Of a stretch of DNA of 64,000 nucleotides, positions 47,582-53,771 are shown piece after piece. Position numbers and translations under genes: made by a program. Source of the stretch: a virus; IMG/VR virus record IMGVR_UViG_3300046804_004738, positions 32,001 through 96,000 of that record; one strand, 5' to 3'. The notes beneath the pieces were generated by a model. The model was not told the origin of the DNA and ran no database searches. It saw only the letters and a program-made list of their open reading frames with translations. Position 1 is the stretch's first letter. Every line of letters begins with the position of its first letter.

Positions 47582-47786
47582 TAGGTGCTTCCTCTCTGCG
47601 GCGGTAATTATACTGCATCAAGCACCAAGTAGTCCTAGCACCATCACACACAGCCTCCACCCGCTCCCCGACCAGAGAGGATTCTCGTATAGCCAACGCA
47701 CTTTCGGTTAAAAGTGTACCACCCGTAGCTATCACACTACTTCTCATCGTGCGGGTCACACTATCTGTTGATTAGACAGAACGTTC
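47582..47786 (-). ncRNA. Candidate structured ncRNA (~200 nt) between tRNA-Asp and tRNA-Tyr
   Basis: Several helices, including CCTCTCTG/CAGAGAGG and a G-U-rich hairpin that pairs on the minus strand only. Confidence 0.6.
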
Positions 47787-47863
47787 TGGCGACACCAAGG
47801 GGGTTCGAACCCCTGACCTCCGCCGTGACAGGGCGGCGTTCTGACCAGCTGAACTATGGTGCC
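47787..47863 (-). tRNA. tRNA-Asp(GUC)
   Basis: CCGCC-CT GTC AC-GGCGG. Confidence 0.93.
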
Positions 47864-48029
47864 AATGTTCTACACTCTGCTACTAACTTACTTTTTACAA
47901 TTGTTAATCTTTTATTCCAAACATACTCACTATCTCTACATTCTTTTTCTGTAGCATATTTTGAGTATTGAGTATAGTTGTCAGGAAACTGTAGCCAAAA
48001 TACTAATATCCATGTCATACAATTTCCCC

Positions 48030-48154
48030 TATATTAGTTTTGTAGCCTGCACTATATGCCTAACTCAACAGCTTTACACGTGATTACTGTTTATTGTTTC
48101 GGTTACATAACGCCTGCGCCTGCCTCTGTGCTTACAGGCTACAAAACTAATATA
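48030..48154. repeat. Perfect 20-bp inverted repeat enclosing 85 nt
   Basis: TATATTAGTTTTGTAGCCTG / CAGGCTACAAAACTAATATA. Confidence 0.85.
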
Positions 48155-48157
48155 AAA

Positions 48158-48256
48158 CATATTGAAACACACTAGGGGATTCGAACCGCCTCACTGTCGG
48201 CATCGGACAGCATTACCACCCGTCGTGCGCCCTTCGGCTTAGTGTGCTTCATTATG
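48158..48256 (-). other. Hairpin element enclosing a degenerate tRNA-like sequence, abutting tRNA-Ile CCA
   Basis: 17-bp arms; internal GGTTCGAATCC. Confidence 0.65.
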
Positions 48257-48331
48257 GTGCCTGTTCCTGGACTTGAACCAGGGACTCCCACCTTATCAAG
48301 ATGGTACTCTGACCAACTGAGTTAAACAGGC
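48255..48331 (-). tRNA. tRNA-Ile(GAU)
   Basis: CCATC-TT GAT AA-GGTGG. Confidence 0.92.
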
Positions 48332-48335
48332 AATT

Positions 48336-48411
48336 TGGCACACCCAACCGGATTCGAACCGGTGTTGCTACCGTGAAAGGGTAAAGTCCTAGGCCTCTAG
48401 ACGATGGGTGC
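48336..48411 (-). tRNA. tRNA-Glu(UUC)
   Basis: TACC-CT TTC AC-GGTA. Confidence 0.92.
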
Positions 48412-48423
48412 ATAAAACTTAAA

Positions 48424-48479
48424 TTGTTAAAGAATCAAAAATAATCAGACATTGTATCTCGTTTTGGATTTAATGTCAA
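48424..48479 (-). promoter_or_regulatory. Sigma70 promoter plus rrn-type boxA
   Basis: TTGACA-17-TACAAT then GATTCTTTAACAA. Confidence 0.75.
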
Positions 48480-48483
48480 CTAT

Positions 48484-48840
48484 TTAAAGTGTTACCCAGA
48501 AGAAACCGTTCCAGCATTCTACTTTATCGGTATCTTCATTGTATCTGATCTCATTGATGTTAAGTGTTTGTGGGATAGAATCTTTTTCTTTTAGGTAACG
48601 CATATGTGCAGTTTTTGAATTATGTATTTCATACATTTTCTTATTTACTTTTACAGTATAAAGATTTTTGCCCATAAGTGTACAACCTCGGCCCCAGATG
48701 CATAGACCGCTACCATATTCGTCCACAACTACTTTCATAACTCTCCCGCGTTCGTGACCTGATCTGGGAAATTTTTGATGATAAACAAAATGATATCCCT
48801 GTTTCATTAAATTATCAATTTGTGCAAGTGTCATCTTCAT
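48484..48840 (-). CDS. Hypothetical protein
   Basis: Start reassigned outside tRNA-Ala; promoter near 48870-48899. Confidence 0.6.
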   Translation of the reverse strand: MKMTLAQIDNLMKQGYHFVYHQKFPRSGHERGRVMKVVVDEYGSGLCIWGRGCTLMGKNLYTVKVNKKMYEIHNSKTAHMRYLKEKDSIPQTLNINEIRYNEDTDKVECWNGFFWVTL

Positions 48841-48904
48841 GACTAATGACCTATCAATAAAGAAATATGAAGTATAGCACCGAAATGATTTAATGTCAAA
48901 TGTT

Positions 48905-48980
48905 TGGTGGAGGTGACAGGGATCGAACCCGCGACCTACGGCTTGCAAAGCCGCCGCTCTCCCAACTGAGCTACACCCCC
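48905..48980 (-). tRNA. tRNA-Ala(UGC)
   Basis: GCGGC-TT TGC AA-GCCGT; G3-U70. Confidence 0.93.
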
Positions 48981-48984
48981 AAAC

Positions 48985-49059
48985 TGGTCCGGCTGCCAGG
49001 AATCGAACCTGGATCAGAGGCTTAGAAGGCCACTGTACTATCCATTGTACTACAGCCAG
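48985..49059 (-). tRNA. tRNA-Arg(UCU)
   Basis: GGC-CT TCT AA-GCC. Confidence 0.88.
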
Positions 49060-49098
49060 ATAATGCAGAGTATATCAATACTCTGCATTTTTGTCAAC

Positions 49099-49659
49099 CT
49101 AAGACTGTAGAATCCTACTATGCTTCGGCACCCCACTTATCAAGTATTCCATTTGGTCAGCTAGAATGTTTCTATTTTGCAAAATCATACTTTCAAAGTG
49201 ATTTGGTTCATAAGGCACATAAAGTAATTCCATTCTTGCTTCCTTTAGTGTCTTATTATCTTTTTTGTTATTGCAACTAGTACATGCAGTAACAACATTC
49301 ATCCAAATGTTTACGCCACCTCTGCTTTTAGGCAGAATGTGATCACGGCTCAAATGACTACTATTACTGAAATGTCCACCACAATATGCGCAAACATGAC
49401 GATCACGACCAAACAATGTTTTGTTTGTTAATGCAACTTTGCCGTGTCTGCTAGGATCAAAACCATGTCCCTTGATAGCAATAATACTAGGCGTTTCAAT
49501 GTAACTCATGCGTCCATCATTTTGGACACCACCACGAAACTTAGCTACTACTTCACCTAGCGACCATGCAACCATATCTTTCGCATGATATGTAATTGCA
49601 TTTTCGTGCGAGATCCACTGTCTAGGGATTCCGCCGATATCTAACGCTAGAACCGACAT
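49099..49659 (-). CDS. HNH endonuclease (McrA/HNH_5-like)
   Basis: RD...CAYCG...DHILPKSRGG...W.N.VTAC..CN..K. Confidence 0.9.
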   Translation of the reverse strand: MSVLALDIGGIPRQWISHENAITYHAKDMVAWSLGEVVAKFRGGVQNDGRMSYIETPSIIAIKGHGFDPSRHGKVALTNKTLFGRDRHVCAYCGGHFSNSSHLSRDHILPKSRGGVNIWMNVVTACTSCNNKKDNKTLKEARMELLYVPYEPNHFESMILQNRNILADQMEYLISGVPKHSRILQS

Positions 49660-49711
49660 GATACTCTCCTTATAAGTTTAATGTATTTAGACACTCTAAA
49701 ATTTAAAGTGT

Positions 49712-49885
49712 ATGATAAAGCAAACTAGTACCGCCTTATCGGTGCGATTCATATTATTAAGCTAATTTGCTTTATCATTCCCGTTTTACTATGCTGTTAC
49801 CGCCAGCGTTTTCATCAGGGGCTCCGCCCGTTTACGGCATGTTTTAAGTGCGCCGTTGAGACCTCGTTTCTCTCACACCTAAACG
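49712..49885 (-). ncRNA. Candidate structured RNA or leader upstream of the HNH gene
   Basis: GC-rich hairpins (GAGA/TCTC, ACGGC/GCCGT, GGGC/GCCC, GCTG/CAGC) plus a 17-bp stem at 49712-49778. Confidence 0.45.
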
Positions 49886-49887
49886 TG

Positions 49888-50037
49888 TTAAGATTCTAAC
49901 ACGTTATCATCTTTATTGTCAACCTTTTCAGTAAAACCATAGAATTCTCTAATTCTTTCAAACTTTTCAGTTATCAATTTATTAAGTTGTTCATCTGATA
50001 ATATATGGTTGTCAATAGTATCTTTTTGATAATTCAC
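49888..50037 (-). CDS. Small hypothetical protein (49 aa) immediately downstream of the attenuator
   Basis: GTG start after GGAG/GAAAG. Confidence 0.45.
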   Translation of the reverse strand: MNYQKDTIDNHILSDEQLNKLITEKFERIREFYGFTEKVDNKDDNVLES

Positions 50038-50053
50038 CTTTCGTTCTCCATAT

Positions 50054-50092
50054 AAAGTAAAAAACCCTGGGACTTTTTGAGTACCAGGGTTT
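50054..50092 (-). terminator. Attenuator terminator hairpin
   Basis: AAACCCTGG...CCAGGGTTT followed by TTTACTTT. Confidence 0.85.
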
Positions 50093-50112
50093 AGATAATC
50101 TTACTATGAAAC

Positions 50113-50238
50113 TTACTTACCTAAACCCCCACAGCCCTCAATAATATTACGGTCACTTGTTAAGGCATAAAACCCTACAGGTAGCCATGCCAATATCATT
50201 GACTGTTTTCTGGTTATATGCGTACAAAAGTTTTTCAT
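50113..50238 (-). CDS. Putative attenuator leader peptide (41 aa) containing all 20 amino acids
   Basis: MKNFCTHITRKQSMILAWLPVGFYALTSDRNIIEGCGGLGK*; last codons form the antiterminator strand. Confidence 0.7.
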   Translation of the reverse strand: MKNFCTHITRKQSMILAWLPVGFYALTSDRNIIEGCGGLGK

Positions 50239-50267
50239 AGTAATTCTATTTAGTCCTGTAATTTAAA

Positions 50268-50296
50268 AGTATACTTTTTATAGTAAAAAATGTCAA
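50268..50296 (-). promoter_or_regulatory. Sigma70 promoter for the leader/attenuator
   Basis: TTGACA-17-TATACT. Confidence 0.8.
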
Positions 50297-50298
50297 TA

Positions 50299-50799
50299 TT
50301 ATATTTGCCCACTAATTTGTTTCAATTCTTTTAACATTTTTGTAACCGAACCTACTATATTTAAATCATCCTCTGAAATAAACTGTATTATATCTTTATC
50401 ATCAACAATACACAATACTCTTGTTAACCTATCCTCAGTAAAAGCTAGGTCTAGTTTGTTTGCTAAACTTACATGAGGCTGTGGATTATCAGTAAAAATA
50501 TACAAGCTTGGGGTACCTGCTTTCTGACTTATAATACTCCAAGCTGCATCAGCAAAACCTCTATCTGTAGAGCCAATAAATAGAATAATTCCGTTCTTTG
50601 CTAATAATTGAGATATATTGTGGAAACCTATTAATTCTTCAGGATGTACATATGTAAAATTATTTGGATAAAAAACAAAAATTTTCCATACGCCCTCAAA
50701 GGTTTTTTCATTCACTAGTTTTCTAGCATTAGAATTGGACTCATTTGGTTTAGTGCAATTGATTGCATATGGTCCTACGACATCACCTGTATTTTTCAT
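50299..50799 (-). CDS. Degenerate AhpC/peroxiredoxin-like protein
   Basis: FYPNNFTYVHPEE vs canonical FYP.DFTFVCPTE; GSTD; R. Confidence 0.65.
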   Translation of the reverse strand: MKNTGDVVGPYAINCTKPNESNSNARKLVNEKTFEGVWKIFVFYPNNFTYVHPEELIGFHNISQLLAKNGIILFIGSTDRGFADAAWSIISQKAGTPSLYIFTDNPQPHVSLANKLDLAFTEDRLTRVLCIVDDKDIIQFISEDDLNIVGSVTKMLKELKQISGQI

Positions 50800-50807
50800 A
50801 AAAGTAT

Positions 50808-50990
50808 TTATTCAGATATTTTTCCCCAGTTCAGTTTTAACCACGCACGTTCATGTATGTAATGAGCGATTGTCATGAAGATATTAATTACAATTGCTCC
50901 GCTCAGTCCTGTCCAAATTGCTGTAACTAATGTTGCTACTATTCTCCATGTTATTGCTCTTATAATTGTTCTTTTGTGCGTTTCGGTCAT
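50808..50990 (-). CDS. DUF2061-like membrane protein
   Basis: ET.KRT..RA.TWR...Y.HERAW..L.WG. Confidence 0.8.
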   Translation of the reverse strand: MTETHKRTIIRAITWRIVATLVTAIWTGLSGAIVINIFMTIAHYIHERAWLKLNWGKISE

Positions 50991-51382
50991 TTTGTTAATA
51001 TTCCTAATTGTCTATATCCACGATATGTTGGATGTACCTTATCCGGTGATAGTTCTGGTATAATAATAAATGTATCGCCATAATGCCTAGCAATTTTTTT
51101 TACTATTTCTTGTTTTTCTGGTTTAATGGCAGGAACTATCCAAAATATTTGATCTGAATTTACGAAACTTCTTAGGGCAACAAGTTCTATTTCAGTGTTT
51201 AGATTTTTAAAATCATTACTACCTAAACTAATAATTGTAGTTTTAGCAGGTTTAATTTTCTTAACGTAGGAATCATTCCAATCACGACTATTAATACCGC
51301 TTTGAGCATAAGCTACACATTCTGTACGAATTTGGCTTATTCCTTTTGCTATACTATCACCAAGAATAAGGCACTCTATCAT
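50987..51382 (-). CDS. SGNH/GDSL hydrolase-like protein
   Basis: GDS, G, GSND, D.VHP. Confidence 0.8.
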   Translation of the reverse strand: MIECLILGDSIAKGISQIRTECVAYAQSGINSRDWNDSYVKKIKPAKTTIISLGSNDFKNLNTEIELVALRSFVNSDQIFWIVPAIKPEKQEIVKKIARHYGDTFIIIPELSPDKVHPTYRGYRQLGILTK

Positions 51383-51810
51383 TGTTCGGACAAATATTTG
51401 TCTAGGGCTTTTTGATAACGATTCGCATGTGATCTTTCTGCTTTTGCTAAAGTTTCAAACCAATCAGCAATTTCATCAAACCCTTCATCACGTGCAGTTT
51501 TTGCCATACCTGGATACATGTCAGAATACTCATGTGTCTCACCTGCAATTGCTGCTTCTAACATTTGTCGTGCAGACTTTGCTGGCATATCGGTACCAGG
51601 TTCACCTGCCCCACCTTCAATTAAATATTCCATATGACCATGTGCGTGACCAGTCTCACCTTCAGCAGTAGAGCGGAATAGTGCAGCAAGATCATTTTCA
51701 CCCGCAATGTCGCATTGATTTGCAAAATATAGATAACGTCGGTTTGCCATTGATTCTCCTGCAAATGCTTCTTTTAAACATAATGCTGTTTTAGATCCTT
51801 TGATATTCAT
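51379..51810 (-). CDS. Rubrerythrin (ferritin-like domain only)
   Basis: AFAGES.ANRRY, E..HA.GH, GETHEY..MYP, AE..HA. Confidence 0.92.
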   Translation of the reverse strand: MNIKGSKTALCLKEAFAGESMANRRYLYFANQCDIAGENDLAALFRSTAEGETGHAHGHMEYLIEGGAGEPGTDMPAKSARQMLEAAIAGETHEYSDMYPGMAKTARDEGFDEIADWFETLAKAERSHANRYQKALDKYLSEQ

Positions 51811-51904
51811 ACATTCTCCTTTGATAAAAATACTGTATATTATAATCTAGGTATTTATATTTTTGAAATTGTTTGGGAAAAATAGTATACATGTAAATAG
51901 TATT

Positions 51905-52816
51905 ATGAACACTTTTGTATTAAATCCAAACGTTTACGATGTGGTATTTCTTAGTTATGACGAACCAAACGCAGACGAAAACTATGGACATCTGTTATCA
52001 ATTAAACCAAAAGCCAAAAGAATACATGGGGTAAAGGGTAGTGATGCTGCGCATAAAGCGGTTGCAGAAATAACAAAAACTGATAGAGTCATTATAATTG
52101 ACGGTGATAACAAAATTAATCCAAACTTTTTTGGTAATAATGTTTACACAAAACCACACTTTGACTGGACTGATTATGTTTTTAGCTGGAGCAGCTACAA
52201 CCCAACAAATGGAAATTGTTACGGTAATGGCGGTATTAAATGTTGGCCAGTTCACCTACTTAAAGAAATGCGTACTCATGAGGTAGGTGATAGTGTTGAC
52301 TTCCAATTAGATAAATATCTTGAATTAAATAAAATAGGAAGTGACACAATAATAAATGCTAGTCCATTACAAGCTTTTCGTGCAGGATTTCGTGATGGCA
52401 TGAAACTATTAGAGAGTGGTGACAAAGATTTTGAAAAGTTAGATTGGCGAAACCGCGAAAGACTTTATAATTGGATGCACATAGGTAGTGATGTAAAATT
52501 TGGGTTATGGGCAATATATGGTGCAAGATTGGGTGCATTCATGTTATTACGCGGGCATGACATAAAAATATTAAATGACTTTGACAAAATAAATGAAGTG
52601 TTTGAAACATATAGTGGTATTGCAAATGTAAATTTAATGGAAGAATGCAATAAGATAGGTAGAACTTTTATTAGCAAGTATGTACATGATGTACTATTCC
52701 CTGATCAAAGTATAGAAGTAAAGGCAAATTATGAGCCTCCAATTCGTAGTGCAGAAGAATTCTTAGCAGGTAAAACAAAGGAAGATATTGACAAATTTTA
52801 TGCAAGTCCCGTTTGA
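51905..52816 (+). CDS. Glycosyltransferase-like (DxD) phage protein
   Basis: FLSYDEPNA, G.D.AH, IDGD, YGNGG.K, AFRAGFR. Confidence 0.65.
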   Translation: MNTFVLNPNVYDVVFLSYDEPNADENYGHLLSIKPKAKRIHGVKGSDAAHKAVAEITKTDRVIIIDGDNKINPNFFGNNVYTKPHFDWTDYVFSWSSYNPTNGNCYGNGGIKCWPVHLLKEMRTHEVGDSVDFQLDKYLELNKIGSDTIINASPLQAFRAGFRDGMKLLESGDKDFEKLDWRNRERLYNWMHIGSDVKFGLWAIYGARLGAFMLLRGHDIKILNDFDKINEVFETYSGIANVNLMEECNKIGRTFISKYVHDVLFPDQSIEVKANYEPPIRSAEEFLAGKTKEDIDKFYASPV

Positions 52817-53771
52817 AAAAATAGTGAGATTTGGTCAGCGCACTATGTTACAAGATCCACTATTTTCAGTGAGTTGGATACTTGGAAGATTTTGTAATTA
52901 TAAATGCAGTTATTGTTGGCCTTACGCCAATTCAAGTACTCCAGATTACGAATCATTAGACGTATACAAACACGCAGTAAATCAAATAAAATTACAAGCT
53001 AGACAAAACAAATTTACTAAATTTCATTGGTCATTCAGTGGCGGAGAGCCAACTGCTTATAAACATTTACTTGAATTACTGAAACATTTGGAAGATGGTA
53101 TAACTCCTTACCAAAGCATACATATGACTACTAATCTAAGTCCAAGTAAAAAATGGTGGAGTAACTGGAATATGGCTACTGAATTATTTCAACGTAAATC
53201 GATCACTGCAAGTTTTCACAGTGAATTTGCAGATGAAAATCAATTTGCTGAAAAATGTTTACATTTAATGAGTGAAAATGTTTATGTAACCATTAATCAA
53301 GTAATGGTTCCTAGTCAGTTTTACCAATTATATGAAAGATGTCAAAGATTTGTAGACAAAGGAATTAACGTAACATTGAAGCCACAAAGCAATGAAACTG
53401 CAAGTGCAATTGTTGAGGGGTATACAAATGAAATGATTGAGATAATGCAAAACGGATTCCCACAGAGAATAAATGAACAAGATTTGTATCAAATTGCATT
53501 ATATGACAAGTACGACAATGAATATCTTTTTGATCAGGCTGAAAGATTTAATGCATATGGATTTAACCAGTTTAGAGATTGGCATTGTAATGGTGGCTAT
53601 CAAAGTGTTATAATAAGAGGCTCAGAAGTAAAGCGTGGGTACAGTTGTAATGAAAAAAATTTAGGCACACTACAGAAAGGTTTTAGTTTATTCACTAAGC
53701 CTGTTTTATGCATAACAAATAGATGCGTCAGTAGTGCTGATAGTAAAATACCAAAAATAAAATATGAATAA
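52800..53771 (+). CDS. Radical SAM protein
   Basis: CNYKCSYC, GGEP, C-terminal Cys cluster. Confidence 0.88.
   Translation: MQVPFEKIVRFGQRTMLQDPLFSVSWILGRFCNYKCSYCWPYANSSTPDYESLDVYKHAVNQIKLQARQNKFTKFHWSFSGGEPTAYKHLLELLKHLEDGITPYQSIHMTTNLSPSKKWWSNWNMATELFQRKSITASFHSEFADENQFAEKCLHLMSENVYVTINQVMVPSQFYQLYERCQRFVDKGINVTLKPQSNETASAIVEGYTNEMIEIMQNGFPQRINEQDLYQIALYDKYDNEYLFDQAERFNAYGFNQFRDWHCNGGYQSVIIRGSEVKRGYSCNEKNLGTLQKGFSLFTKPVLCITNRCVSSADSKIPKIKYE

Noticed and set aside
47582-47600. SRP RNA (AGGAAGCA motif) or tmRNA
   Set aside because: No SRP helix-8 GNRA hairpin; no tmRNA acceptor/T-arm or tag ORF.
36350-48948. ORF-track ORFs and N-terminal extensions running through tRNA genes (e.g. 36397, 37293, 37781, 37818, 44858, 47541, 47768)
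   Set aside because: They overlap clear tRNAs or ncRNA candidates; starts were reassigned where a real gene exists.
49800-49875. Hammerhead ribozyme (CTGATGA and GAAAC on the minus strand)
   Set aside because: The core elements are not joined by a stem I/II consistent with hammerhead topology.
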